Assembly (NCBI GenBank): GCA_965277805.1
Contig: OZ255842.1
Span: 3,840,001 to 3,904,000 of the forward strand
DNA length: 64,000 nucleotides
Direction: 5' to 3'
Origin: Candidatus Lustribacter sp.
GTDB lineage: Bacteria > Vulcanimicrobiota > Vulcanimicrobiia > Vulcanimicrobiales > Vulcanimicrobiaceae
Position numbers and translations under genes: made by a program. Shown piece after piece: positions 52,282-62,788 of the stretch; the first letter of the stretch is position 1, and every line of letters begins with the position of its first letter. The notes beneath the pieces are model-generated. The model was not told the DNA's origin. It did no database searches and saw only the letters and a program-made list of their open reading frames with translations.

Positions 52282-52782
52282 TTATTGAGCCGGCTTTAGT
52301 AACCGTTCGACCTCGGCTTGCAGCGGCATGACGATGTCGGCGGCGATCAGCGCGATGTGCGCCGCCGCGGGCGCAACGCTGCTCGCGATGCCGTTTGATG
52401 CACCCGCGCTGAAGCGGTCGATGAATTGCGTGTAGGGTCCGCGGCCGATATGCGCGGTCCATTCGTCGTCGTTGCCGCTCTCGAGCCGCGCCACCGCGAC
52501 CGTCGTCGTCGCATCGGACGCGCTCGCATAGACCCAATGCTGCACGGTGATGTCGCGCTGCGGCCGCGTAGTATGCCGGCGCGGCAACGGGCGGTAGCGC
52601 GGCAGGTTCGCATCTGCCGGAAGTGCGAGCGAAATTTCTAGCCGCGGTACCTGAAAGTAGCGCGTGCCGTCGATCGCGACGATCCACTTCGGAACCTCGC
52701 CGTAGAGCTCGAGCCCGGCGCCGTGCGCGGCCAGCCAGCCGGCGATGTCGTGCGCCGCCGCGACGATCGCTTCGTTTTCCAC
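52282..52782 (-). CDS. Hypothetical protein (166 aa)
   Basis: Fills the gap, with genome-typical codon usage. Confidence 0.55.
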   Translation of the reverse strand: MENEAIVAAAHDIAGWLAAHGAGLELYGEVPKWIVAIDGTRYFQVPRLEISLALPADANLPRYRPLPRRHTTRPQRDITVQHWVYASASDATTTVAVARLESGNDDEWTAHIGRGPYTQFIDRFSAGASNGIASSVAPAAAHIALIAADIVMPLQAEVERLLKPAQ

Positions 52783-52798
52783 CCGGCCAACGTTGGCG

Positions 52799-52993
52799 TT
52801 ATTTGTGCTGCGTCCCCGGCGACTTCACGTCGGGCGGCTTCGGGCCGCCGACCCGCACCGCATCGATGGCCGTCTGCAGTGCAGCGGCCGCATCAAGCAG
52901 GCAACCACACGGCTGGTAGCGGCCAGCCCGACAACCGTTATTGGTGTGTAGCGCCGACGGATGTCCGCAACGGCAGAGGACCATGGAATCCAT
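52799..52993 (-). CDS. Small Cys/His-rich putative Zn-binding protein (64 aa)
   Basis: CRCGH-x4-H-x4-C-x7-CGC. Confidence 0.6.
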   Translation of the reverse strand: MDSMVLCRCGHPSALHTNNGCRAGRYQPCGCLLDAAAALQTAIDAVRVGGPKPPDVKSPGTQHK

Positions 52994-53079
52994 AGATACA
53001 CGAGTGATACGTCACGAGCAAGCGTGGGTCTGTACGAAATCGTGCTCTAGATCGTCCGGTTTTTCGGATAGTGCGACGC

Positions 53080-54321
53080 TCAGCGCGGGCAAGGGTCGGC
53101 GGTGTTGCTGATGGCCGCGATGCGCGACCCGAGCGGCGGCCGCGATTCGAAGTACCAGCGGACGGTCCGGCGTCCGCATAACGCGACCAGATCGTCGTCG
53201 GCGCGGCGCACGAAGAGGCGCACGCCGGCCGAGCGGTCCTTGACGATGTTGAGCGCGACCGCGTCGGCGCGCCACTCGCTGGCGCGTTCGAGTGAGTTGA
53301 ACGCGGGATAGAGCAGCAGCACAGCGATGCCGAGGAACGTGCCCACCAGCGGCAGGCGCGCGAGCGGATCGTCGTCGCGGCGAAAGCCGATGCGGTCGCT
53401 GATCAGCACGGCGAGCGCGGCCGCGAAGACGAAGAGCGTCGTGCCCGCGAGCGTGAGCAGCAAGACGTCATGTTCGGCCTGGTGCGCGTACTGTCGCGCC
53501 AATAGAAAGACCCGCTCGCCCGGCGTCATCCCCTGCAGTGCCTGGGCGCCGATGATGATACGCGCGAACGGGCCGAGGCCCGACGTACGCGCGACGAGCG
53601 ACGTCGTGCGCTGCGCGGAGCCGCTGATCATCAGCGGCACGGGCGACGTCCGGAGAGCCTGCGCGACGGCATCGCCCTGCGCGACCAGGGCCGCCGGCGC
53701 GGGCCGGTCGTTCGAGGTCAACGGGGAGAAGAGCACGGGCTCGATGGCAACCACGGTCAGTGCCGCAACGTAGAGGATGCCGATGAAGATCAGATACCAG
53801 AGGCGCGTGCTATCGACGAGCGCCAGAATAAGCGCCACGACGATCGCCGTTGCGAGCGAGACGGTCGCGAGCCGCAACAGCTCGGCGAGAAACCAGTTCG
53901 GGATCGTCTGCACCGTAAGACCCACGCTGTGCGCGACGCGGTACGAGGCGAACGCGAACGGCAGCGCCGCGATCGTTGCCAGCGCCCCGAGCGCGGCGCC
54001 GAACCCGCCGCGGTAGAGCCACCGCGCGCGCATGCGCCGGCGCAGCGTATCGCGCAACCGGGCGGAATTTCCCGACTGCCACAGCCACCAAAACGCCACG
54101 ATCGGCGCGAGCGCCCAACCGCCGAAGAGCAAGTCCTGATAGTCGGCGATCGCGCGGGCGCGGCGCTGGCGGAACGGGTCGACGAGCGACGGTGCGCTCG
54201 CGTGCATCAGGACCGCCGCCGGGATCGACGTTACGTGCCGGTCCTCGCTCGTCTGCGCCCGCACCGTTACCGGCGCCATCAGCACCAGCAAGAGCGCGAT
54301 GAGCGCTAACTTAAATCGCAG
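53080..54321 (-). CDS. M48 (Ste24/HtpX)-family membrane protein lacking HExxH; probable CTG start
   Basis: Ste24-like TM layout, SGLGPFARI, RQYAH in place of HELGH, EWRAD, SRPPLGSRI; CTG at 54321 gives signal peptide MRFKLALIALLLVLMAPVTVRA. Confidence 0.78.
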   Translation of the reverse strand: MRFKLALIALLLVLMAPVTVRAQTSEDRHVTSIPAAVLMHASAPSLVDPFRQRRARAIADYQDLLFGGWALAPIVAFWWLWQSGNSARLRDTLRRRMRARWLYRGGFGAALGALATIAALPFAFASYRVAHSVGLTVQTIPNWFLAELLRLATVSLATAIVVALILALVDSTRLWYLIFIGILYVAALTVVAIEPVLFSPLTSNDRPAPAALVAQGDAVAQALRTSPVPLMISGSAQRTTSLVARTSGLGPFARIIIGAQALQGMTPGERVFLLARQYAHQAEHDVLLLTLAGTTLFVFAAALAVLISDRIGFRRDDDPLARLPLVGTFLGIAVLLLYPAFNSLERASEWRADAVALNIVKDRSAGVRLFVRRADDDLVALCGRRTVRWYFESRPPLGSRIAAISNTADPCPR

Positions 54322-55162
54322 CGGCGTATGCGTCGGGAAACGTAGCGGCGTGCTCCTGGGGGAACCGCTTGCGGTATTGCTCCCAGCCGGTAAAGTTGCC
54401 TGATTGCGCGTGCGCATCGGGTGCCGGCGTCGCAACGTGTTCGAACGGGCTCCAATGACCGTTGGCGCCACCTTCGAGCAGCTTCTCGTACAGATCCAAA
54501 TCGCGCTCGACATCGCGCTTGCCGTCGTGAGTGAGGTAGGAGACGCGCGCGCAGCGGGCCACGCTCAGCTTGCACAGTTGTTCTTGGGGCAGCGTGCGTT
54601 CGTCGTCTTGGATCAACGGCAGGTGCCAGCTGCCGAGCGCAACCGGCGCCGGCGTGCTGGCGAGAAACTGCGCGAGCATCATCTCCGCGATGTGCTTGAT
54701 TTCCGGCTGCGCGTCGGGATGGCAGCGCTGGGTGAAGAAATTCGCCCAGTCGGTGGCGGTGATGATCACCGTGATCCAGGCGAACGGCTCGAGCAGCCGG
54801 TTCACCAGCTGCTTGTGCAAGTCGATGTCTTTCTCGGCCAGCCGTTCGGCGTGCTTGAGAGCGTCTTCGAGTGCCGACTGCCACTCGGCGCGCGCCAGCG
54901 CTTCCACGCCGGGGCTGACGGCTTCGCGCGCACTCATGCCGGTCTGGTTGCGGCCCCAGTAAACCGGCAGCGCGGGCTCCTCACGCACCGCGGCGATCAT
55001 CTTCTTGATCGGGATCGCGCGCGAACTCGCGGCGTTGCGCGAGAACACGCGGTGCGTCATCATTTCACTGTGGATGAAACGCGGATAGCGCACCTCGAGG
55101 GTCGTGAGGCGCGCTCCCGACGGGGACCGGCTGTCGAGCAGAACCCGGGCTGAAAACGCCAT
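54311..55162 (-). CDS. thyX: FAD-dependent thymidylate synthase (ThyX/Thy1), phage-like subtype
   Basis: YPRFIHSE, THRVFSRNAASSRAIP, KQLVNRLLEPF, AQPEI, CARVSY, HWSPFEH. Confidence 0.82.
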   Translation of the reverse strand: MAFSARVLLDSRSPSGARLTTLEVRYPRFIHSEMMTHRVFSRNAASSRAIPIKKMIAAVREEPALPVYWGRNQTGMSAREAVSPGVEALARAEWQSALEDALKHAERLAEKDIDLHKQLVNRLLEPFAWITVIITATDWANFFTQRCHPDAQPEIKHIAEMMLAQFLASTPAPVALGSWHLPLIQDDERTLPQEQLCKLSVARCARVSYLTHDGKRDVERDLDLYEKLLEGGANGHWSPFEHVATPAPDAHAQSGNFTGWEQYRKRFPQEHAATFPDAYAAAI

Positions 55163-55192
55163 TCCGGGCGCCTTCGGCGGAGCGCGAACGCG

Positions 55193-55840
55193 CTACTTCT
55201 GGGCGACGAGTTGCGGGTAAGTTTTCTTCAGGTCGACGAGTTTCGGCGCATCGTTCATCACGATGTACGGATCGTCCGGATGCAGCTGCGCGTAGTGACG
55301 GTGGTAGGTTTCGGCGGGATAGAACGCCTTGAACGTTTCGAGCTTCGTCACGATCGGCGACTTGAACCGGTGCTCGGCCGTGAGGCGTGCGATCATCGCC
55401 TGCGCGACCTCACGCTGCTCGGGATTTGCCACGAAGATCGCCGAGCGATATTGCGTGCCTTCGTCGGGGCCTTGATAGTTGAGTTCGGTCGGATCGTGCG
55501 AGACGGTGAAGAACACGTTGAGGATCTGCTCGAGCGAGATCTGCGCCGGATCGTAGGTGACGCGCACCGACTCCGCGTGGCCGGTCGTGCCCGTGCTGGT
55601 CAGCTCGTAGTGCGCCGTCGCCGCCGAGCCGCCCGAGTAGCCGGGCATCGCTTCTTTGACGCCCTTGAGGCTGCCGAAGACCAGCTCCTGGCCCCAGAAA
55701 CAGCCGCCGGCGAGCACGATTTGCTGTAGCGGAGCCGCGGCCGCCGGCCGGGGCAAGCCGCCCGCCAGCGTCAGCTGCGCAACCAGCGCAACGAATCCCA
55801 ATGCGAGTCCCAAGCCAAACCGTCTGCGTGAAGTCGTCAT
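55193..55840 (-). CDS. msrA: Peptide-methionine (S)-S-oxide reductase, exported
   Basis: AGGCFWG, GHAE, QGPDEGTQYRS, AE.YH; SRRRF twin-arginine-like signal. Confidence 0.95.
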   Translation of the reverse strand: MTTSRRRFGLGLALGFVALVAQLTLAGGLPRPAAAAPLQQIVLAGGCFWGQELVFGSLKGVKEAMPGYSGGSAATAHYELTSTGTTGHAESVRVTYDPAQISLEQILNVFFTVSHDPTELNYQGPDEGTQYRSAIFVANPEQREVAQAMIARLTAEHRFKSPIVTKLETFKAFYPAETYHRHYAQLHPDDPYIVMNDAPKLVDLKKTYPQLVAQK

Positions 55841-55852
55841 GATGCAGCTATA

Positions 55853-57115
55853 TTACGACGCGGGAGACGGTTTAGATGCAAGGGGGCTTACGTCAGGTCC
55901 GACCTCGACCGGCGAATCGACGCGAGCGAGCGACGGGAAGATGCGCCAGCACGCGATCGCGACCAGGATCGTGCCCACGCCGCCCATGACGCAGGCTGCG
56001 ATCGGCCCGAACAGCGCCGCGGTCACGCCGGACTCGAACTCGCCCAGCTGGTTCGAGGTGCCGATGAACAGCGCGTTGACGGCGTTCACGCGGCCGCGCA
56101 TGACGTCTGGGGTGAGGATTGCAACGAGCGTCGAGCGGATCACGACGCTGAGCACGTCGGATGAGCCGAGCACGACTAGCGCGCAAAACGACAGCACGAT
56201 CCAGTGCGAGAGCCCGAACACGACGGTGGCGATGCCGAACATCATCACGGCACCGAACATCACCCGCCCGGCATGGCGGCGAATCGGATAACGCCCGATG
56301 AAGAGCGACACCGTGAGCGCGCCGACCGCGGGCGCCGTGCGCAACAAGCCGAGTCCCCAGGGGCCGGTCATCAGGATATCGCGCGCGTAGATCGGTAAGA
56401 GCGCCGTCGCCCCGCCCAGCAGCACGGCGAAGAGGTCGAGCGAAATCGAGCCCAGCACGAGCGGCGAGCGGCGGATGAAGGCAAGGCCGGCGAACACCGA
56501 CTCGCGAGTCGGCGGTCCGGACGTCGTCACGGACTTGCCGCGCGTGCGCATCAGCGTCATCATCAGCGCCGCGGTGAGATACATGACGCCCGCGATGCCG
56601 TACGGAATCGCCGGATGCCACGCGTAGAGCAGGCCCGCGATCGCGGGGCCCGTGATCGTCGAGACTTGCTGCGCGGTCGATACGCGCGCTGACGCGGCCG
56701 GCAGAATCTCCGCCGGCACCACGTTGGGCAGCAGCGCGAACTGCGCCGGGCTCTCGAACGCGCGGCCGAGCCCGAGCACCGACACCATCGCGTAGATGAG
56801 CGCCGGCTGCGCCGCGTGCCGCAGCGTCGCGACGCACAGCACGATGACCGCTACCGCTTCGACCAGCTCGCAGATGCGCGCGATGTGGCGGCGGTCGAAG
56901 CGATCGGCGACGTGGCCGACCACAAACACCAGCAGCAACAGCGGCAGAAATGCGGCCAGCCCGACGAACCCGAGGGCCAGCGCGCTGTGGGTGACGTCGT
57001 ACATCTGCCAGCCGACCGCGACGCCGATCATCTGCGACGACAGCGACGTGCACATGCGCGTACAGCAGTAGTAAACGAACGACGGGTAGCGGAGCGGTTC
57101 GGCGGGTTCGATCAG
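55853..57115 (-). CDS. MFS transporter (EntS/MFS_3-like); probable CTG start
   Basis: GWQMYDVTHSALALG, ADRFDRR, LDLFAVLLGG, RGRV, SNQLGEFESG; the LRYPSF N-motif lies upstream of the first ATG. Confidence 0.88.
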   Translation of the reverse strand: MIEPAEPLRYPSFVYYCCTRMCTSLSSQMIGVAVGWQMYDVTHSALALGFVGLAAFLPLLLLVFVVGHVADRFDRRHIARICELVEAVAVIVLCVATLRHAAQPALIYAMVSVLGLGRAFESPAQFALLPNVVPAEILPAASARVSTAQQVSTITGPAIAGLLYAWHPAIPYGIAGVMYLTAALMMTLMRTRGKSVTTSGPPTRESVFAGLAFIRRSPLVLGSISLDLFAVLLGGATALLPIYARDILMTGPWGLGLLRTAPAVGALTVSLFIGRYPIRRHAGRVMFGAVMMFGIATVVFGLSHWIVLSFCALVVLGSSDVLSVVIRSTLVAILTPDVMRGRVNAVNALFIGTSNQLGEFESGVTAALFGPIAACVMGGVGTILVAIACWRIFPSLARVDSPVEVGPDVSPLASKPSPAS

Positions 57116-58464
57116 GTCGATGGGGCCTTCTTCTTCGCGCCGATCGAGCGCGCGGGATTGCCGACGACGCGGTCGCCCGCCGGCACGTCGCGGATCACGA
57201 CCGTACCGGCGCCGGTAACGGCGCCGTCGCCGAGCGTCACCGGCGCGACGAGCGAGCTGTTGGAGCCGATGAACGCGTTGCGGCCGATCGTCGTCGGATG
57301 CTTGTTGACGCCGTCGTAGTTGCAGGTGATCGTGCCCGCACCGATGTTGGCGTTCTCGCCCACCGTCGCATCGCCGAGATAGGCCAGGTGGTTGGCTTTC
57401 GCACCCGCCGCCATGCGCGTGTTCTTCAACTCGACGTAGTCGCCGATCGCGACGTCGGCGCCGACGGTGTTCCCTTGACGCAGATGGGCAAACGGGCCGA
57501 TCGTCGTCCGCGCCCCGACCAAGGTGTCGAGTACGACGCTTTCGGTGATGCGCACGTCGTCGTCCAGCCGCACGTTGTACAGGCGCGAATTGGGGCCGAC
57601 ATGCGTGCGCTCGCCGAGCACGGAGTTGCCGCCGATCGACGTGTTGGGCTCGATGATCGTATCGTTGCCGATGAAGATGCCGGGCTCGAGGTAAGTGGTC
57701 GCGGGATCGACGATCGTGACACCGTTGCGCATGTGGGCGTGACAGAGCCGTTCGTTCATCGTGCGGCGCGCGATCGAGAGCTCGACCCGGTCGTTCACGC
57801 CGAGGACGAGCCGGTAGTCGACGGCCTGCACGGGCACGCAGCGAAAACTCGCGCCGGCCAAGAGGCCGACCGTATCGGTGAGGTAGAGTTCGCCTTGGGC
57901 GTTCTGGTCGTCCAGCTTGCCGATGACGCCGCGCAGCGCTCGTTCGTCGAAGGCATAGATGCCGGCGTTCATCTCGTCGATTTCGCGCTCGGCCGTGGTG
58001 GCATCGCGAAACTCAACGATCTTCTCGATCGTCGAGCCTTTGCGCACGACGCGGCCAAAGCTCGACGGCAGCGGCATGCGCGCGGTGACGAGCCCGAGCG
58101 CCGTGCCGGCATCCGCATCGACGGCGGCCTGCACGTCCTCGAAGATCGTTGCGTCGACGAGCGGCATGTCGCCGTACGCGACGACCACCGTCTCGTTGCG
58201 CGGCTCGAGCGCATCGAGCGCCACCTGCACCGCGTGCCCGGTGCCGCGCTGCGGCGTTTGCACCACGCACGTCACGCCGAACTCGCCCAGCTGCGGCTTG
58301 AGTTCCTCGTTGGCGACGACGACGATCTGATCGATCCCCGTGGCCCGGAGCGCTTCGAGCACGTACCACAGCATCGGCCGCCCGCACAGGTCGTGCAGTA
58401 CCTTCGGCTGCTTCGACTTCATACGCGTGCCCTTGCCCGCGGCCAAAACGATCGCGCGGCTCAC
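57112..58464 (-). CDS. glmU: Bifunctional UDP-GlcNAc pyrophosphorylase / glucosamine-1-P acetyltransferase
   Basis: LAAGKGTRMKS..PKVLH, GTGHA, YGDMP, ELYLTD, hexapeptide repeats, CNYDG; AAGGAG RBS. Confidence 0.97.
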   Translation of the reverse strand: MSRAIVLAAGKGTRMKSKQPKVLHDLCGRPMLWYVLEALRATGIDQIVVVANEELKPQLGEFGVTCVVQTPQRGTGHAVQVALDALEPRNETVVVAYGDMPLVDATIFEDVQAAVDADAGTALGLVTARMPLPSSFGRVVRKGSTIEKIVEFRDATTAEREIDEMNAGIYAFDERALRGVIGKLDDQNAQGELYLTDTVGLLAGASFRCVPVQAVDYRLVLGVNDRVELSIARRTMNERLCHAHMRNGVTIVDPATTYLEPGIFIGNDTIIEPNTSIGGNSVLGERTHVGPNSRLYNVRLDDDVRITESVVLDTLVGARTTIGPFAHLRQGNTVGADVAIGDYVELKNTRMAAGAKANHLAYLGDATVGENANIGAGTITCNYDGVNKHPTTIGRNAFIGSNSSLVAPVTLGDGAVTGAGTVVIRDVPAGDRVVGNPARSIGAKKKAPST

Positions 58465-59933
58465 TTGCGCCACTCCTTCTGTTCGTTCGCGCTCGGTGTG
58501 CCGAGCGTATTGAGCGCGCCGCGCAAGCGTTCGCGGCAGATGTCGCGGCCCAGCAATTCGGCCGCGTCGAAGAGCGGCACCGACGTCGGGCTGCCGGTCA
58601 GGACGACGTAGAACAGGCGCGCGATGTCGCGCAGTTTGCGTTCCAGCTTTTCGGCCACGCCTTTGAGCACGGTCTCGACGGTCGTCTTATCGAACTTCGG
58701 CGCGGCATCGAACTCCCACATCGCGAGCGCGAGCGCGCGGCGCGCGCCGTCGCGATCGAGCTTCTGCCCCTCGAGAATTTGGGCTTCGGTCAGGTTCAGG
58801 CGACCGGCGAAGAAGAATGCCAGCAGCGGCCCGAGGTCGCTCAAGCGTTCGACACGCGACTGCGCGAGCGCCGCCATCGTTGCGAACCGCCGGCGATCGC
58901 CGCCCCACTCCAACACGCGGTCGGCAAATGCGTCCGGCGGCAGTTCGCGCAAGCGTTTGCCGTTCAGCCAATCGAGCTTCGCGAAGTCGAACACCGGGCC
59001 GCCGAGCGAGAGATGCTCGATCTCGAACCGCGCGATCAGCTCGTCGAGCGTCATCACTTCTTCCCCCTCGGCCGACGAGACCATGAGCAGCCCGAGAAAG
59101 TTGAGCAGCGCTTCCGGCAGATAGCCCATCGCCTTGAAGAACAGGATGCTGGTCGGGTTCTTGCGTTTGCTGAGCTTGCTCTTGTCGGGATTGCGCAGCA
59201 GCGGCACGTGCAAGAACGCCGGCACTTCCCAGCCGAAGTATTCGTACAGCAGCAGATGTTTGGGAGCCGAGGAAACCCACTCTTCGCCGCGGATGACGTG
59301 CGTGATTTCCATGAGGTGATCGTCGACGACGTTGGCGAGATGGTAGGTCGGCAGACCGTCCGACTTCATCAGGACCTGCATGTCGACCGTGTTCCACTCG
59401 ATCTCGATCTTGCCGCGGCGCAGATCCTCGATCACGGCCGTGCCGTGATCCGGCACCTTCATACGCACCACGTACGGTTCGGTCTGCGCTCGCGCGGCCG
59501 ACTCGGCTTCCGGCACGCGTAGACAGTACCCGTCGTAGCGCGGCGGTAACTTCGCCATCCGCTGCGCTTCGCGCATCTCCTCGAGCCGTTCGGGCGTGCA
59601 GAAACACCGGAAGGCGTGGCCCTCGGCGAGCAGTTGATCGGCGTACTTACGATAGATCGCGCTGCGTTCGCTCTGGCGGTAGGGGCCGTGCGGGCCGCCG
59701 ACATCCGGACCTTCATCCCACGAGAGTCCCAGCCAGCGCAGCGAATCGAGAATCGCCCGCTCCGACTCGTGCGTGCTGCGGACCTGATCGGTGTCCTCGA
59801 TGCGCAGCAAGAACCGGCCGCCGTGTTTTTTCGCGAAGCAGTAGTTGATCAATGCGACATAGGCCGTGCCCACGTGAGGATCGCCGGTCGGCGAGGGTGC
59901 GATGCGCGTGCGCACCGGACGATGTTCAGCCAA
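58461..59933 (-). CDS. gltX: Glutamate--tRNA ligase
   Basis: [35 protein letters not shown] start at 59933. Confidence 0.97.
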   Translation of the reverse strand: MAEHRPVRTRIAPSPTGDPHVGTAYVALINYCFAKKHGGRFLLRIEDTDQVRSTHESERAILDSLRWLGLSWDEGPDVGGPHGPYRQSERSAIYRKYADQLLAEGHAFRCFCTPERLEEMREAQRMAKLPPRYDGYCLRVPEAESAARAQTEPYVVRMKVPDHGTAVIEDLRRGKIEIEWNTVDMQVLMKSDGLPTYHLANVVDDHLMEITHVIRGEEWVSSAPKHLLLYEYFGWEVPAFLHVPLLRNPDKSKLSKRKNPTSILFFKAMGYLPEALLNFLGLLMVSSAEGEEVMTLDELIARFEIEHLSLGGPVFDFAKLDWLNGKRLRELPPDAFADRVLEWGGDRRRFATMAALAQSRVERLSDLGPLLAFFFAGRLNLTEAQILEGQKLDRDGARRALALAMWEFDAAPKFDKTTVETVLKGVAEKLERKLRDIARLFYVVLTGSPTSVPLFDAAELLGRDICRERLRGALNTLGTPSANEQKEWRK

Positions 59934-60357
59934 CGCGTTCCCTTCGTTTGCCGCATTCGCGTTGGACGAACGTGACAATGTCGGCGAGCGGCGCGCCGGG
60001 TGTGAAAATTTCGCGCACGCCGAGCCGCTTCAACTCGGCGGCGTCGTCGGCCGGGATCGTTCCGCCACCGAAAAACACGATGTCGCCCGCACCCTGGGCC
60101 TCGAGCTGCTCGACGACCAGCGGAAAGAGCGTCATGTGGGCGCCGGAGAGGATCGAGAGGCCGATCCCATCGGCATCTTCTTGAATCGCGGTGCGCACGA
60201 TCTGTTCCGGCGTCTGGAAGAGGCCGGTGTAGATCACTTCCATACCGGCATCGCGCAACGCGCGCGCGATCACCTTCGCACCCCGGTCGTGACCGTCCAG
60301 ACCCGCTTTCGCAACGATGACGCGGAACGGCCGCTGCGCCTCGTCTGACACGCTCAT
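59926..60357 (-). CDS. Acyl-CoA mutase B12-binding small subunit (IcmB-like)
   Basis: [27 protein letters not shown]. Confidence 0.93.
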   Translation of the reverse strand: MSVSDEAQRPFRVIVAKAGLDGHDRGAKVIARALRDAGMEVIYTGLFQTPEQIVRTAIQEDADGIGLSILSGAHMTLFPLVVEQLEAQGAGDIVFFGGGTIPADDAAELKRLGVREIFTPGAPLADIVTFVQRECGKRRERVG

Positions 60358-60393
60358 GGAAAGCATCTTACCGAGCAGCGCGGCCACGGCCCT

Positions 60394-61986
60394 CTAATAC
60401 GTCGCGCGCTCGATGTAGCGGCCGAACACCTCGGCCATCGCATCGACGATCTCGCCTTCGGTCGCGAGCACCCGGCAGGCCTCGACCAGCGCCGGCATCA
60501 CGTTCTGCTCCGAGCGGCAGATGCGCTTGAGTTCCGCCAGCGCCGCTACGACCGCGTCACTGTCGCGTGATGCGCGCACGGCCTGCACGTCGCGCGCTTG
60601 CCCGAGCTCGATCTCGCGGCCGATCTTGAGCAGGTGCAGGTCGTCCTGCGACTCCTCGCGTTCGAACGCGTTGACGCCGACCACGATGCGGTCTTTGGTT
60701 TCGAGCGAACGCTGATAGCGATACGACGCGTCGGCGATCTCACGCTGAAAGAATCCGGCCTCGATCGCTTCGATCACGCCGCCGAACTCTGCGATCTGGC
60801 GGAAGTAGTCGAGCGCCTGACGTTCCATTTCGCTGGTCAGCGCTTCGACGTAATACGAGCCGCCGAGCGGATCGGCGACGTTGACCACGTTCGTCTCGTA
60901 CGCCAGCACCTGTTGCGTGCGCAGCGCGATCTCGACGGATTTTTCGGTGGGCAGTGCCAGCACTTCGTCCATCGAGTTGGTGTGCAAGGATTGCGTTCCG
61001 CCGAGCACGGCCGAGAGCGCTTCGTAGGCCACCCGCACGATGTTGTTCTCGGGCTGTTGCGCGGTCGCGCTGCAGCCTGCGGTTTGGGTGTGAAAGCGCA
61101 ACGTCCACGACCGCGGGTCTTTCGCGCCGTAAACGTCGCGCATGCGGCGCGCATAGATGCGCCGGGCTGCGCGGAACTTGCAGATCTCTTCGAAGAAGTC
61201 GATGTGCGCGTTGAAGAAAAACGACAGGCGCGGCGCGAAGGCATCGACGTCCATGCCGGCGGCGATCGCCGCTTCGACGTACGCGAACCCGTCGGCCAGC
61301 GTGAACGCGAGTTCCTGAACGGCCGTCGAGCCGGCCTCGCGAATGTGGTAGCCCGAGATCGAGATCGTGTTCCACTTGGGCATCTCGGCCGTGCAGAACT
61401 TCATCATGTCGACGATGATCCGCACGTGCGGCCGCGGCGGAAAGATCCATTCTTTTTGCGCGATGTATTCTTTGAGGATATCGGCTTGCAAGGTGCCGCC
61501 GAGCGCCGCGCGCGGTACGCCGGCATTCTCGGCCGCGACGATGTACTGCGCGAGCACGATCGCGGCCGGACCGTTGATCGTCATCGACGTGGTGACGGCG
61601 CCCATGTCGATGCCGGCAAAGAGCATTTCCATGTCGCGCACGGAGTCGATCGCGACGCCGCACTTGCCGACCTCGCCGAGCGAATGCGGGTTGTCGGAGT
61701 CATAGCCCATCAGCGTCGGCATGTCAAAGGCCACCGAGAGCCCGGTCTGACCTTGCGAGAGCAAGAAGTGGTAGCGCTCGTTCGTTTGGCGAGCGTTGCC
61801 GAAGCCGGCGAACTGCCGCATCGTCCAGAGGCGATCGCGATACATGTGCGGATGAATGCCGCGCGTGTAGGGGAACGCGCCGGGGTCGGCGATGTCGCGT
61901 GCAACGTCGATGCCCGCCACATCGGCCGGTCCGTAGACCGGCTTCAACGGCAGATCGGAGATGGTGCGATCGATCGCCTTGCCCAC
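60394..61986 (-). CDS. Acyl-CoA mutase large subunit, isobutyryl-CoA mutase-like (IcmA)
   Basis: [44 protein letters not shown]. Confidence 0.9.
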   Translation of the reverse strand: MGKAIDRTISDLPLKPVYGPADVAGIDVARDIADPGAFPYTRGIHPHMYRDRLWTMRQFAGFGNARQTNERYHFLLSQGQTGLSVAFDMPTLMGYDSDNPHSLGEVGKCGVAIDSVRDMEMLFAGIDMGAVTTSMTINGPAAIVLAQYIVAAENAGVPRAALGGTLQADILKEYIAQKEWIFPPRPHVRIIVDMMKFCTAEMPKWNTISISGYHIREAGSTAVQELAFTLADGFAYVEAAIAAGMDVDAFAPRLSFFFNAHIDFFEEICKFRAARRIYARRMRDVYGAKDPRSWTLRFHTQTAGCSATAQQPENNIVRVAYEALSAVLGGTQSLHTNSMDEVLALPTEKSVEIALRTQQVLAYETNVVNVADPLGGSYYVEALTSEMERQALDYFRQIAEFGGVIEAIEAGFFQREIADASYRYQRSLETKDRIVVGVNAFEREESQDDLHLLKIGREIELGQARDVQAVRASRDSDAVVAALAELKRICRSEQNVMPALVEACRVLATEGEIVDAMAEVFGRYIERATY

Positions 61987-61987
61987 G

Positions 61988-62788
61988 TTAGCCCTGACTC
62001 AAAAAGCGGTTGACGGACCGCAAAAACGCTTCGAACGCGCTGCGGTGCAGCGTGTGCCCCTCGCCCTCGAACACCTCGACCGTCACGTTGGGCCCGCCGT
62101 ATTGCCGCAAGAACGCGACGTCCTCGGGCGAGACGACCGAATCCGACGGATCGGCGAGCAGAACGAGCAACGGCTTCGGATACGCGCGCACGGTCTCGCG
62201 CAGATCCCACCGGCCGTCGTCGGCACCGTTCTCGGCGCCGAGCGCGACGATCGGATCGATCGTCATGTGCGCGAGCGCGTGCACCTTCGCGTCGATCTCC
62301 ACCGGCGCCGAGCCCGCGAACATCTCGCGCACCGCGGCTTCGCGCGCGCTCGCCGGCGTGGACATCAAGGGCACGAGATCGTCGACGAATTCGGTCCTCC
62401 ACTGGCCCGGCACCGGACGGATCATCGGATCGACCGCGATCACGCGCCGGCACGCAAGCTCGCGCCCGCCGAGCAGCACGATCGCGCCGCCCCAGGAATG
62501 TCCGAGCAGCGCGAAGACCTCGCCGACCACGGCACTCACCGCGAGCAGATCGCGCACCGATTGCGCGTGCGTCATCGGGCCCGCAACCGCGGCCGAATCG
62601 CCGTGACCGCGCTGATCGTAGGCGAACACGCGATACGACCCGGATAGCGCTTCCGCCGTGCGCACCCACGACTTGCGCGAGCTCGCAATGCCGTGCACGC
62701 ACAGCACCGCCGGGCCGCTGTTGCCCCACTGCTCGAGCGTGGTGACCGTGCCGTCGCCGAGATCGACCGTGCGCGTTGTGCTAGCCAC
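61988..62788 (-). CDS. Alpha/beta hydrolase
   Basis: VHGI, DQRGHG, GHSWGG, GH near C-terminus. Confidence 0.9.
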   Translation of the reverse strand: MASTTRTVDLGDGTVTTLEQWGNSGPAVLCVHGIASSRKSWVRTAEALSGSYRVFAYDQRGHGDSAAVAGPMTHAQSVRDLLAVSAVVGEVFALLGHSWGGAIVLLGGRELACRRVIAVDPMIRPVPGQWRTEFVDDLVPLMSTPASAREAAVREMFAGSAPVEIDAKVHALAHMTIDPIVALGAENGADDGRWDLRETVRAYPKPLLVLLADPSDSVVSPEDVAFLRQYGGPNVTVEVFEGEGHTLHRSAFEAFLRSVNRFLSQG

